From a virus, in IMG/VR virus record IMGVR_UViG_3300021420_000014: a stretch of 64,000 bases of DNA; one strand, 5' to 3'. Below, one piece after another: positions 19,760 to 30,499 of this stretch. The translations under genes were made by a program, and so were the position numbers. The number at the start of each line of letters is the position of its first letter. The first letter of the stretch is position 1. The notes under the pieces were generated by a model. That model saw nothing but the letters and a program-made list of their open reading frames with translations, had not been told where the DNA came from and made no database searches.

Positions 19760-20834
19760 GTATTCAGATTTAGGCGTTGGTGGATCAAGTCATAAAGAAT
19801 ATAGGATCCACCTGCAGAAGGCACAAGACGGCTACTCGATAACATTTGAATTCGGCAGACTTGGTTCAACACTTCAGACAGGTAGTAAAGCCCAATCGGT
19901 CCCTCTTGATGAAGCGGAACATATTTTCGACCGTCTGGTTGCCGACAAGATGCGCAATGGCTATCAGCCAGTCAAGAACGGCTCGGCCCAGGCCCCAGTG
20001 CCGGTGCCTATCGCCGCGCTTGGTGCGCGCACGCCCTTTCCAGCTGAACTGCTCGAAGAGATCACCGAAGAACAACTTGCCACCTACATGGAAAGAGAAG
20101 ATTACTGGATAGAACTCAAGGCAAACGGGCAGCGCCGCCAAGTCCAAAAACTCGGTCCAGGCAAGTACACTGGCTTCAACAAATTGGGCACGTCTGTCGC
20201 GCTCCCTGCTCCATTGGTCAACGATCTGGAGAGGTTCGACGCCAAGACGTTCTTTATCGACGGCGAGCTCATCGGGGACGACCTGATCGTTTACGACCTA
20301 CTGGAGATCAACGGCAAAAATATCTCTATGCTTCCCTATCGGGACCGCTGCGAACATCGCGCCAAACTTATTCCACGCAAACAGCAGCGGTCGCACGTGG
20401 AAATTATCTCTACATGGAAAACGAAGATGCAAAAACGCATCGGCTTCCGTAGCGTCCAAGAAGCCAGAGCGGAAGGCATCGTGGCGAAATTCATTCATGC
20501 CGTTTACCAAGGCGGCCGACGAGGAGATCACAAAAAATTCAAATTCACCAAGATGGCTACCTTCAAAGTGATTCGCGTCGGAGACAAGGGCCACAACAGT
20601 GCGACCGTCGCGTTACTCGACAATGGCAAATGGCGCGAGATGGGCCGTGCCAGCTTAATTGGAAAGGATAAGAGAATCTGTACCGGCTCATTGGTTGAAA
20701 TTCGTTTCCTTTACGTGCAGGGCGAGAACGGCCGGCTTTACCAGCCGCGAATCATCGGGCTACGAACGGACGTCAATGAAAGCGAGTGTACGATGGCGCA
20801 ATTAAAAGTAGCCTACAAAGGTGCTGTGTCCTGA
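19740..20834 (+). CDS. WGR domain plus ATP-dependent DNA ligase
   Basis: FGRLG/KMRNGY WGR; ELKANGQR motif I, IDGEL, YDLLE, EGIVAK, KFK, OB-fold PRIIGLRTD. Confidence 0.88.
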   Translation: MKSIILEYSDLGVGGSSHKEYRIHLQKAQDGYSITFEFGRLGSTLQTGSKAQSVPLDEAEHIFDRLVADKMRNGYQPVKNGSAQAPVPVPIAALGARTPFPAELLEEITEEQLATYMEREDYWIELKANGQRRQVQKLGPGKYTGFNKLGTSVALPAPLVNDLERFDAKTFFIDGELIGDDLIVYDLLEINGKNISMLPYRDRCEHRAKLIPRKQQRSHVEIISTWKTKMQKRIGFRSVQEARAEGIVAKFIHAVYQGGRRGDHKKFKFTKMATFKVIRVGDKGHNSATVALLDNGKWREMGRASLIGKDKRICTGSLVEIRFLYVQGENGRLYQPRIIGLRTDVNESECTMAQLKVAYKGAVS

Positions 20835-21258
20835 TGCTCGTTATTTTCACAAACGGCAACATCGAATACTACTTCGAGCGGCGTCGCTACGGCAGCCGAG
20901 CCTTCTTCACTTGGCTGAACTATCGGGTGAAGCCTAACACGGCCTGGAAGAGCTTCGGCGATCCGTGGCCCAAACAACATCTAAGCCGAGCGGAGTTACA
21001 GTCCGCATTGGCTGAGATCTCAAAGAAGGCGGAGGCAAAAGCGAATGATATCTGACAAGAAGTACATTGCGGCAGCACGTAGGCTGTACAACGAGGAAGG
21101 GACCATCGAAGTGGACGAAGACAGCGGACAACTGCCCAAGGGCAGAGTGAGCCGCGGAGAAGATGCCGGTGCCTATGTCATGGCCTGGGTTTGGGTGCCA
21201 GCACACGAGGCCAAAAAAGAAGTGGCCAAGAAAACGCTAGTAAGACGCTAGGCCGAAC

Positions 21259-21498
21259 ATGGAGACGGCCAAACGCAAACGCAAACTGGTTGAGGCTCAG
21301 GAGATGGTCAAGGCCACGCTCAAGCGTATCCGTCGCCTGAATACGTCGCTCAAGAATTGGGAGCGGCGCGCCAAGATGCATGAGAAGGCACTGGCAGCAG
21401 AGGAAATTGCAGCATTGCACCGTAGGATCGCGGAGCTAGAACTGCGGCCACGGCGAATCATACAATTCGAGAAAACGGAGACTAAAAATGATGGGTGA
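21259..21498 (+). CDS. basic coiled-coil protein, tagged tail
   Basis: ends ELRPRRIIQFEKTETKNDG. Confidence 0.6.
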   Translation: METAKRKRKLVEAQEMVKATLKRIRRLNTSLKNWERRAKMHEKALAAEEIAALHRRIAELELRPRRIIQFEKTETKNDG

Positions 21499-21886
21499 AA
21501 AATGATCTGCCAATTCAATTGTGAGAATGAAGCTGTTGGCGAAGTAACTGCAAGGCCTCTCAGTACAGACCAAACTTACTACGCTTGTCAGCATCATCTA
21601 GAAGAAATTCGCAAGGCTGGCAAATTCAAAGTATCACTTGGTGAAGGTAGTAGCTTGGAACTCATCGTTTCCGAAATGCATCTTTGGACCAAAACATGAC
21701 CGAACCCATTCGCATCATCTTGGAAGGCGGTCTCATTCAGGAAATCCGCAACATTCCTGACGGCGTAACGATTGAGGTATTCGATTACGACGTCGAGGGC
21801 TCAGGCCGTGACCATCCAAATGTAATCAAGGATGAGCAAGGTGAGTATGTCTTTCACAACATTTACGACAGGAGCGGCCAGATCAA

Positions 21887-22840
21887 ATGAGCCAATCCAA
21901 AATAGATTTTCCTCAACCCTTGACGGAACGGTACAGGCCCAAGCGAGTTGCAGACTTTATCGGCCTCATCAAACCCAAAAAGATCATGGAAGCATTCGTA
22001 CATAGGCCATTCGATGCTGCTTTCTTATTTGTTGGGCAGTCGGGCGTAGGGAAAACCACGTTCGCCATGGCCGTCGCCAACCAAATTCAGGCGGAAACAC
22101 ATTTAATCCCGTCACGATCTTGCGATCTAGAAATGGTCGAGACTGTCACGAGGATGTGCTATTTCGCCGCATTTAATTTTACAACAGGCAAACCAGCGGC
22201 TTGGCACGCAGTAATCTGTGATGAAGCAGATCAAATCACTAATGCCGCTCAACAGGCCTTCCTGTCAAAGCTGGATGCAACAGCCAAACCACCTAGCACG
22301 GTGTTCTTTTTTACTTGCAATAGCACGGCAACTTTAGAAGATCGGTTCCTCTCTCGCTGCCGCATATTGCCATTTGAGCGCGACACACTTGAAGGTGAAA
22401 TAGAGCATTATCTACGGCGAATTTACAAGAAGGAAGGTGGACGACATCCACTAGATTTTGAGGCCATAGCAAAGGCTTCATCTTACAATGTGCGCGACGC
22501 ACTAAATAAGATAGAAATGGAACTGATGATTGGTACTGATCGAGACGATCTGCCTTCGGAGGATATTAAGATCGTCGAAAATCATACTCATTCATGCCCG
22601 AAATGCCACCAGGGATACAAGCATAACGACCCACTTTGTGAATTGCCTTTTAGGCATATTTGCGAGCCGTGCGGTGGAGCAAAGACGATCGGAACTCTTA
22701 GGGCACAAAAGGCCTGGACGACAATTAGGAAGAACATAGCTGAAGAAATTGAGCGTGAGAAAGGGGCCAAGCCATGCCGTACCTTGCCCAACCGCTCCTT
22801 GCCGCGCCGCACCCGGGCACGCCTGACCCCAACAAGCTAA
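21887..22840 (+). CDS. clamp-loader-like AAA+ ATPase (DnaX/RFC-like) with Zn finger
   Basis: LTERYRP, GQSGVGKTT, ICDEAD, SRC motif, RDALN. Confidence 0.85.
   Translation: MSQSKIDFPQPLTERYRPKRVADFIGLIKPKKIMEAFVHRPFDAAFLFVGQSGVGKTTFAMAVANQIQAETHLIPSRSCDLEMVETVTRMCYFAAFNFTTGKPAAWHAVICDEADQITNAAQQAFLSKLDATAKPPSTVFFFTCNSTATLEDRFLSRCRILPFERDTLEGEIEHYLRRIYKKEGGRHPLDFEAIAKASSYNVRDALNKIEMELMIGTDRDDLPSEDIKIVENHTHSCPKCHQGYKHNDPLCELPFRHICEPCGGAKTIGTLRAQKAWTTIRKNIAEEIEREKGAKPCRTLPNRSLPRRTRARLTPTS
22764..22828 (-). repeat. GGY-NN period-5 tract (13 units)
   Basis: ggtCA ggcGT gccCG ggtGC ggcGC ggcAA ggaGC ggtTG ggcAA ggtAC ggcAT ggcTT ggcCC. Confidence 0.8.
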
Positions 22841-23055
22841 GGATATCACATACCTTGGGAGGCATGATATAGTTATGGCAATGACTCTATCGATCACTGC
22901 ATATAAAAAATGGGAAGTGGACACAGTCGTTAAGTTCAACGACAGCCCGCGGCATCTTGCGCTGATGGCCTTCGCTATGACCCTTTCCCCTTCGCAGAGG
23001 ATCTGGTTCGCGATATGGCTCGCCGAACTGAATATCAAAATGATCAAGCGGGCAC

Positions 23056-24684
23056 ATGAGTAAAGCTGAAGTATTGGCAGCCGATTTATTTTGCGGCGGT
23101 GGAGGCACGTCTACCGGACTTGCCCAGGCATGTCTTTTGCTGAATCGCAAACTGAAACTGTTGGCAATCAACCATTGGGACGTCGCCATCGACACCCATT
23201 CGACCAATCATCCATTAGCCAAGCACCTGTGCCAATCCATAGATAACGTAGAACCACGCAAAGCAGTCCCTGGTGGGCGGCTCCATATTTTGGTGGCCTC
23301 GCCAGAATGCACCCATCACAGTAACGCCCGTGGCGGCAAGCCAATGTCAGAACAAAGCCGTGCCTCGGCTTGGCACATTTTGCGTTGGGCTGAAGCACTC
23401 TATATTGAGAACATCATCATCGAGAACGTCCGCGAATTCCGTACATGGGGGCCGATTGGCGCAAATGGGCGTCCGATCAAGCGGCTCCGCGGTCATCTCT
23501 ATATCCAATTCCTGAATAGCCTTAGGGCTCTAGGTTATAACGTCGAGGATCGCATCCTAAATGCGGCCGACTTCGGAGATCCGACGACACGTGAACGTCT
23601 CTTCATTATTTGCCGGCGAGGCAAACCAGTTTATTGGCCGGAGCCATGTTATGGCCCTCCGAATAAGGTAGCTGGCGGCAGTTTGATCGATAGCAAACTG
23701 CAACCCTGGCGGACGGCACGCGGAGTCATTGACTGGTCGATCCCAGGCCAAAGCATCTTCACGCGCAAGCGGCCACTGGCCACAAAGACGATTGCTCGAA
23801 TCGCAGCTGGCCTTAGACGATTTGGCGGTGCGAATGCCGAACCGTTCCTAGTCGTGCTCAGAAATCATCAGCATTCCAGGTCGATTGATCAACCACTTCC
23901 CACAGTAACTGGGAGCGGAGCGCATTTCGGACTATGCCAGCCATTCGTGATTGGCCAGCAATCGGGAGCCACGCCGCGTAGCGTAGACGCGCCACTGCCG
24001 ACTATAGCCGCAAAAGGTGCTATTGCGATGGTCGATCCTTTCCTTGTGGCTGTGAATCACGACGGGGAAAAGCGACGCTCGAAGAGCGTGGATGAGCCAT
24101 TGCCGACAGTCACGACCAAGCGCAGCATGGGATTGGTGGAGCCGTTCATCCTTCCGCAATCATCAGAAGGGACGCCGCGATCGGTAGATCGGCCGCTTCA
24201 GACGTTAACAACGACGAGCCGCGGAGTCGCATTGGTCGAGCCATTTCTTCTAAATATCGATCATCAAGGTGCCGATTCACCTTCGGTTAGGCCACTCGAT
24301 GCTCCGGTCCCAACGCAGACAAGCAAGGCCAGGACCTGTCTTGTCGAGCCGTTTATCGCTAAGTTTAACGGCACGGCCAAAGCCAATAGCGTTGATGAAC
24401 CGCTCGATACCGTCACCACCAAAGACCGGTTCGCCTTGGTCACAACCGAGGCTGGCCAGTTCTATGTCGATATTCGTTTCCGGATGTTGCAGCCACATGA
24501 GCTAGCTCGGGCTCAAGGATTTGGCGATTCTTATACGTTTAAGGGCACGCGGGAAGATGTCGTACGGCAGATTGGCAATGCTGTTCCAGTAGCAACCGCT
24601 GCCGCCCTCTGTTCCGCGGTGCTTCAGGATCGCGCCGAGACAAAAGAGAGAAGGAGAGTACTATGTCGAACAAGAATCGCTTGA
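23056..24684 (+). CDS. DNA (cytosine-5) methyltransferase with internal repeats
   Basis: DLFCGGGG, ASPECTHHS, ENV, RERLF, QIGNAVP; repeated RSxDxPLPT..LVEPF units. Confidence 0.92.
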   Translation: MSKAEVLAADLFCGGGGTSTGLAQACLLLNRKLKLLAINHWDVAIDTHSTNHPLAKHLCQSIDNVEPRKAVPGGRLHILVASPECTHHSNARGGKPMSEQSRASAWHILRWAEALYIENIIIENVREFRTWGPIGANGRPIKRLRGHLYIQFLNSLRALGYNVEDRILNAADFGDPTTRERLFIICRRGKPVYWPEPCYGPPNKVAGGSLIDSKLQPWRTARGVIDWSIPGQSIFTRKRPLATKTIARIAAGLRRFGGANAEPFLVVLRNHQHSRSIDQPLPTVTGSGAHFGLCQPFVIGQQSGATPRSVDAPLPTIAAKGAIAMVDPFLVAVNHDGEKRRSKSVDEPLPTVTTKRSMGLVEPFILPQSSEGTPRSVDRPLQTLTTTSRGVALVEPFLLNIDHQGADSPSVRPLDAPVPTQTSKARTCLVEPFIAKFNGTAKANSVDEPLDTVTTKDRFALVTTEAGQFYVDIRFRMLQPHELARAQGFGDSYTFKGTREDVVRQIGNAVPVATAAALCSAVLQDRAETKERRRVLCRTRIA

Positions 24685-25046
24685 AGGCGGCGTCGCCGGC
24701 ACAGATAAAGGAATACTACAAAAAAATTGGTGCCAAAGGCGGCAAGGCGCGCGCCAAGAAATATGACAGTGAGCAAAGATCGAAATGGTCCAGACACGCC
24801 ATGAAGTCCGCGCCGCAATGTCTGAATGCTGTTCCCAAGCGTAAACGCCACTTAATTCGAGAGGCCCTTCTCGAACGCAAGGGCGATCGCACAATTGGGG
24901 AATTGGCTAAAGAGATTGGTTGCAGTCTTTCCTATCTCTCTTATGTGCTTAAAGGCAAACGGCCGCCGGGACCGAAAATTCAACGTTATCTCGGCGCGGA
25001 AACGCTCAAAGCATTAGGACTTGAGCCTCCAGGGAAGGCTGCATGA
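24663..25046 (+). CDS. KGG-motif plus XRE-type HTH protein
   Basis: GAKGGKARAKK; TIGELAKEIGCSLSYLSYVLKGKRPPG. Confidence 0.7.
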   Translation: MSNKNRLKAASPAQIKEYYKKIGAKGGKARAKKYDSEQRSKWSRHAMKSAPQCLNAVPKRKRHLIREALLERKGDRTIGELAKEIGCSLSYLSYVLKGKRPPGPKIQRYLGAETLKALGLEPPGKAA

Positions 25047-25227
25047 AGCGCAAGATTCCAAAGTATGTGGAGAATGCAATCCTTTGGCTCTCAGATGATG
25101 GCGAGCGGCCTCGCGCTCTTTACAAATTGATGCCACACGCTGCCTATCGTGTCGGCGCAGGATTCCTGAATGCCGAAGCAGATAGGTTGCACGCCACGAA
25201 TAAGGCGTTGCCAAAACAGAGGAACAA

Positions 25228-25878
25228 ATGACACTGCTACCATCACCGAAACTGAAACTGAAGACGGACAATCAATCGCTCGGCGATAAAACAGCACTGC
25301 GGCGCAAACTCATCAAGCAGGCAGGGCTTGAGCCGTTGCGCGTTTTAGACCTCTTCGCGGGAGAAGGAACAATTTGGGGATCTTTGCGACAGCCGGCACG
25401 CTTAAAAAATGCGCCGGAAGCTCTGAACGTCGAAAGCTATACACCAATTGATTCTGTGGCTCGACAGCCAGGACAGATACGATTCAAGATCACGCCGCGA
25501 TTGATCGCCGCGCTTGACGAAGGCGGTGGTTTGAGTAGATACAATTGCGTGGACGTCGACTGCTTTGGCGATCCTTTCGCGATCTGGCAAGCACTGTTAT
25601 TTAGGATTCGAGTGCCAACAGCGGTGTTTCTGACGAGAGGCCGCGTAACCTACGGAGCCGGCAGGATGCCGATCTCCAAACTTGCAAAGAAGGTGATGGG
25701 CATCCCTGAAGAGTGGGACGTTCCAGGCAAGGTAGAGCTCATGGAGTATGGCGATCGGTGTCAATTATTGCAGCCATGTCCGACTGCGAAGATTGCCTTC
25801 GGTTACAAGATCACTTTGCGGCGCGTCGATTATTACGCTTTGCTGGTTAAACCAACGGAGGCACATGCCACCACTTGA
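25228..25878 (+). CDS. SAM-dependent methyltransferase-fold protein
   Basis: VLDLFAGEG, VDVDCFGDPF. Confidence 0.55.
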   Translation: MTLLPSPKLKLKTDNQSLGDKTALRRKLIKQAGLEPLRVLDLFAGEGTIWGSLRQPARLKNAPEALNVESYTPIDSVARQPGQIRFKITPRLIAALDEGGGLSRYNCVDVDCFGDPFAIWQALLFRIRVPTAVFLTRGRVTYGAGRMPISKLAKKVMGIPEEWDVPGKVELMEYGDRCQLLQPCPTAKIAFGYKITLRRVDYYALLVKPTEAHATT

Positions 25879-26086
25879 TTGTCCGGTATGGCAGAGGATG
25901 CTGCGTCAATTTCTGATTGGCGAAGGCGGAATGTTGAGCATGGTTGTTTTAGAGCCATTTCAAAAACCATCGCTTCAGGATCGGTGGATACGCACAGGCG
26001 ACTCCATTTATCGTGCGAAGCTGACTCCGAAATTGCAGTATTTTCCAGTCGCAAAGCCATGAACACACACGCGCTGGTCAAAGTTG

Positions 26087-26116
26087 TTGACAGATCGTAG
26101 CTACTAACGCTAACAT
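26087..26116 (+). promoter_or_regulatory. sigma70-type promoter (phage family)
   Basis: TTGACAgatcgtag...TAACAT, 18-nt spacer. Confidence 0.55.
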
Positions 26117-26136
26117 TAAACATCGCTAAATAAGTT

Positions 26137-26931
26137 GTGAAGGAGTGTGCCTTGGGAGAAACCACACGCATAAGCTGGGCTTTTAGGACTTGGAATCCAT
26201 TCGTGGGTTGTAGGCACGTAAATTCTGCCTGCGACCATTGCTACGCAGAAGTGATGATTAACCGCACACGTGGCAAGGGAGCATTCGATACAGTGGTGCG
26301 CACCAAGACCTGGAATGACCCTATACGTTGGCAGAAGCAAGCTGAACGAGATGGGCTTTGTGATCTTGTATTTACTTGCAGTCTGTCTGATTTTTTCATT
26401 CAGCAAGCCGACGAATGGCGTCCGGAAATTTGGAGCATCATTCGCCGCACTCCAAACATGATCTATCAAATCTTGACGAAGAGGCCAGAGCTGATCGCCA
26501 AAAGACTCCCACCTGATTGGGGATCTGGTTACCGCAATGTTTGGCTCGGAACTAGCATAGGCATGAAGAAGCACCTCCGGGCATTGGACGCTTTGCGTGA
26601 CGTTCCAGCCTATGTCCGATTCATTTCAGCGGAGCCGCTTCTCGAAAATCTGATGCCCGAATTTGATCAGTCTCTAACAGGCTACTCTTGGTGCATCATC
26701 GGTGGCGAGTCCGGCAACAACACGAAGAATTTCCGGCCCATGGATCATCAGTGGGTGCGAGAAATGTTCGCAGCCTGTAAACGACGTAAGGTAGCTCGCT
26801 TTTTCAAGCAGAGTGCGGCTGTCCGAACCGAGATGGGAGTCGAGCTGGATGGCAGATTGGTACGCGAATATCCGAAACAGTATGACGATTATCGCGACTT
26901 GATACGGAAAAGTACGCTGTCCTTCACATAG
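26137..26931 (+). CDS. DUF5131 (phage Gp37/Gp68) radical SAM-like protein
   Basis: TWNPFVGCRHVNSACDHCYA, SLSDFF, LTKRP, FISAEPLL, IIGGESG, FFKQ; start may be TTG near 26152. Confidence 0.9.
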   Translation: MKECALGETTRISWAFRTWNPFVGCRHVNSACDHCYAEVMINRTRGKGAFDTVVRTKTWNDPIRWQKQAERDGLCDLVFTCSLSDFFIQQADEWRPEIWSIIRRTPNMIYQILTKRPELIAKRLPPDWGSGYRNVWLGTSIGMKKHLRALDALRDVPAYVRFISAEPLLENLMPEFDQSLTGYSWCIIGGESGNNTKNFRPMDHQWVREMFAACKRRKVARFFKQSAAVRTEMGVELDGRLVREYPKQYDDYRDLIRKSTLSFT

Positions 26932-27746
26932 AAAACATGGCGCGCAAAATCATCTGGATATATGAATACTGGCGACATCACTGCGGTTATTGCGGTCGCA
27001 CTTGTCCTGTGGCTAGCGATGGCCGCAATCTGTTTTGCTCCAATTGCAAGAGGTGGTAGCGATAAATGCAACTCTTCATTCACGTCCCGATGTTCGCAAC
27101 AGCGCACGTGGACAGCCAGAGGATCGAGTGTCCCTATTGTCCACGCGGCAAAGAGTTTGGGACCAACGACTGGCAAGAGCGTGACATTTCAACGTGTAAT
27201 CCATTCGATGAATTCATCTGCAACAGGTGCGGCAAATCAGTATTCATCAACTGGGGCCTTGTCGAGCCGGATCATCTTTCGACTTGGATGAATTCGGAAC
27301 ACTGTCCGCATCGTTTATGCCGGCTCAAATATGCCGAACTATGCCGCGAGAACGGATGGGCGGTGCCTACATGAACGATTGCGAACCAGGCTGGACGCCA
27401 AAGATTTCAAGCAGATTCCCGTACCTGGGTGGGAGGGCCGATAAAAAATGGACTTGATGCGTCTAACGCTACGCAGCTTCGGCTGGTTTGAGATGGTGCC
27501 ACGTGCAAATGTTTGGACCAGTAACAATCATCCAGAGAGCAAGCTATTGCTCATCAATGGCGACTGGACCCACTTCGTTGGCCCTTCGGCATTCATGCGA
27601 GGTAAAGGCAACGTGTCGCTCCAACAACAACTGGAATGGGTCACACGTATCGAGGAGGATTCGAAGGAAGTGTTGGAACAGTTACAGCAATCGACCCGTA
27701 AAAGAAAGCCAAAATTACTCACACACACTCAAAAGGAGATCGACCA

Positions 27747-28229
27747 ATGCAAATCGTAAGACGATTCATCGTTCCGGTTCTGGCAGTCCTGTTGTTGCTT
27801 GTCGCAGTTCGGGTTAAGGGTCAAGACGAAGGTTCCAGCGCAATCGTCACGATCACAGTTCCAATGCAGACGAACTGCGGTACATCTCCACTCTACTGTT
27901 ACGGCGTCCCATTCACCACGAATGGCGGCGACTTCGTATCGGGCACATTCTGGTCCGACATATTCAGCACATACGGATTCATCGCCGGGCTTGGCACGCA
28001 TGGTTGGGACTTAGGCACAATACAGCTAGGCTCAATAGTCAAATCCTACGATGCTCAGGGATTCCTTAACGCCGTGGACTTTACGCTGAGCGGCACTACG
28101 ACCGATGGCGATAACCAGACGTTCAGCGGAACTGGCCACTTCACCTTCACCCACGGTCCGGTGATGCGCTACGGGACACATTACTACTACATGCAAGCTG
28201 GCAGCGGATTCTCGGTAATCTACAACTAG
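27747..28229 (+). CDS. secreted beta-rich protein
   Basis: signal peptide (RRFIVPVLAVLLLLVAVRVKG); G/T/S-rich. Confidence 0.6.
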   Translation: MQIVRRFIVPVLAVLLLLVAVRVKGQDEGSSAIVTITVPMQTNCGTSPLYCYGVPFTTNGGDFVSGTFWSDIFSTYGFIAGLGTHGWDLGTIQLGSIVKSYDAQGFLNAVDFTLSGTTTDGDNQTFSGTGHFTFTHGPVMRYGTHYYYMQAGSGFSVIYN

Positions 28230-28914
28230 CAATCCAAGCTGCTGTGACGGAGCGGTTCGAGGGTAGGCCAGTAGCCTCAAAAGGGAGAATCAAATTGATG
28301 ACACCTGAAGATAGAGAGATCTGGAGTATTGCCTGTGGCATTGCCGGTTTCGGATTTATCGCTTTAGCTTTCTGGCTTTGGATTGTATGGGACGACCTAA
28401 GAAAAACTTGGGTTGAAAAGGAGTTGAATAATGAAAACCATCCACGTCTGGGTGACACTCAAAGATATCGCTCAAGGCGTTCCTCTTAGCCATACAGAGT
28501 GCCCTATCGCGATTGCCATACGCAGGGCCGGCGCGTTGTGGGCTCAAGTCTACGGCGAAGAGATCTTCTGGCAGATGCCTAACGAGGCGGGCGAACACTC
28601 CGCGGACACATCTCCAACCATGCGCGAATTCATGGACGCTTTCGACAACCACAGGCCAGGGGTAATCCCTTTTCCTTTTAATCTGCAGGAACGTTGGGAT
28701 GCAAACGCGCAGAAACGGGGTGTGGCATGATCCACAAAGCGAAGAAAGGCGGAGAGCATCTCTGGATTTACAGTATGGGCAAGCGATTCCTGGTGCGCGC
28801 CATTGCCGACACCGTAGATGAAGCCAACCACTTCATGGAACGCCATGATGAGACTGCGCTCATTGCCTGCTTTGGTCCCTTTAACATCATCGCCAACAAG
28901 TACGAGGGAGTCCG

Positions 28915-29517
28915 ATGAGTGTATACGTTGAGGATCTGCAACAAATCTACGAAGAGATCATTGCCGATCCGCGGTACGTCGAAGGCGTGAAGTTTGGCAA
29001 ACCGCGAACCGGTCACGTCGAGGGGACGGTCGAGCTCCATATTCTCGATCTCGAAAATAATCTGATGGTGCTGCATCCCTTGCTCTCCGAATATGAATAC
29101 TGGGAGCTACGCATCCTGGTCCACACACACGACACGATGAAGTTCTGGGCAATGAGAGATTCGCCGATCGAAGGCAATCAAAGTCACGCTACTCTAGCCA
29201 GAAAGTTTTTGGCAGAGTTTTTGGACGATCATCTATTGGTGCCAGAGCAAAGGAACGATCTGCTTAACATGGTGCAGTTCCATGACGAGAATTGGGCGAT
29301 CTGGAAAGGCTTCGAGAAAAACGGGCACATCAAACAAGCCAAGCTGAACAACATCCTTTCGATCAAACATATGGATTTGTTTTTATTCTTCACGATCATC
29401 GACGGGTACACGCCAAGCAAGGTGCATGAACGCATTCGCTGGTTTGTGGATCTTGTCAACAAACATCGACTGGTAGCCCCGCGAGTCTATCAAGCATTAG
29501 ATCGTTTCATTATATGA
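28915..29517 (+). CDS. HD-domain-like phosphohydrolase
   Basis: GHVEG..ELH, HTHDTMK, SH, FHD, D. Confidence 0.55.
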   Translation: MSVYVEDLQQIYEEIIADPRYVEGVKFGKPRTGHVEGTVELHILDLENNLMVLHPLLSEYEYWELRILVHTHDTMKFWAMRDSPIEGNQSHATLARKFLAEFLDDHLLVPEQRNDLLNMVQFHDENWAIWKGFEKNGHIKQAKLNNILSIKHMDLFLFFTIIDGYTPSKVHERIRWFVDLVNKHRLVAPRVYQALDRFII

Positions 29518-29740
29518 GCGACTTGATGATGTTTGTGGTCTACGACCATCCGAAAGATTATCCGGATGATTTTATCGTCCGGCGATTTATCGCGCTAGAC
29601 GGTGAAGCCGTTCCGCAGGAGATCGTCTACCGCGGACACAGCCTCGACAATGCTCGCAGCAGAATTATGAACCTTGCGCCGAGCGCTGTCCGGTTTCACC
29701 GGAACCAGAGCGATGAACGGCAGATCGTGGAGTGCTGGAT

Positions 29741-30190
29741 ATGAGCAAGTACGAAGAACTGGACGCTCTTTACGCGGAACTGCCAACGGTCGCCTGCCAA
29801 CGGAAATGCTGGAATTATTGCGGTCCAATCCTGATTCCGAAGATTGAGGCACAGCGGCTAGAAGAAAAGCGCGGCGTACTCGAAACTATTCCGATTTTCG
29901 AAGAGAAAGGCTGGGAGCCAGGAATCGGTAAGCACCTGCCTACGCCTGAAAGCCTTCGGCGTGACTTCATCGGGCTTGTTCCAGACGGCGAAACTAAATG
30001 CGTTTTCCTGTCACTGATGGGCGCATGCATGGCTTACAGTATTCGGCCAGCCGTCTGCCGTTTTTGGGGTGTAACTGACAACGAATGGATGCGGTGCCCA
30101 TTTGGATGTGTCCCAACGAGATGGATGTCTAACTTAGAATTTAAGGAGCTGCTGGAAAAAATAGTCGCGATTCAGAACAGGAGAGAATAA
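29741..30190 (+). CDS. YkgJ-like Cys-cluster (Fe-S/Zn) protein
   Basis: CQRKCWNYCGP, CVFL, C.AY.IRP.VCR. Confidence 0.75.
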   Translation: MSKYEELDALYAELPTVACQRKCWNYCGPILIPKIEAQRLEEKRGVLETIPIFEEKGWEPGIGKHLPTPESLRRDFIGLVPDGETKCVFLSLMGACMAYSIRPAVCRFWGVTDNEWMRCPFGCVPTRWMSNLEFKELLEKIVAIQNRRE

Positions 30191-30499
30191 CGTGTTCATC
30201 ATTGTGGTAGCAATTCCGCCACTCTTATTCCTTTCAGGAGCATTAGTTTGGAATCAGCACGCTTTCACGGTATATCGAAGTGCGGTTTCAAAGCCTTGGG
30301 GTGAAGCCATTGAGAAATACGACTGGCAACGCTGTGCCTTTTGGCACGATGTAGCGATAGCCTTTCCGCTTCAGGAACCGGCATACGTTTTTAATCCGAT
30401 CCGCTGGTTCACGTGCTGGAATTGGAAGCCACCTGCATATAAGCCGACGGTCTTTATCGTTCAAAGTCAGAAAGTAAATTAAAAAAGGGAGAATCAAAA

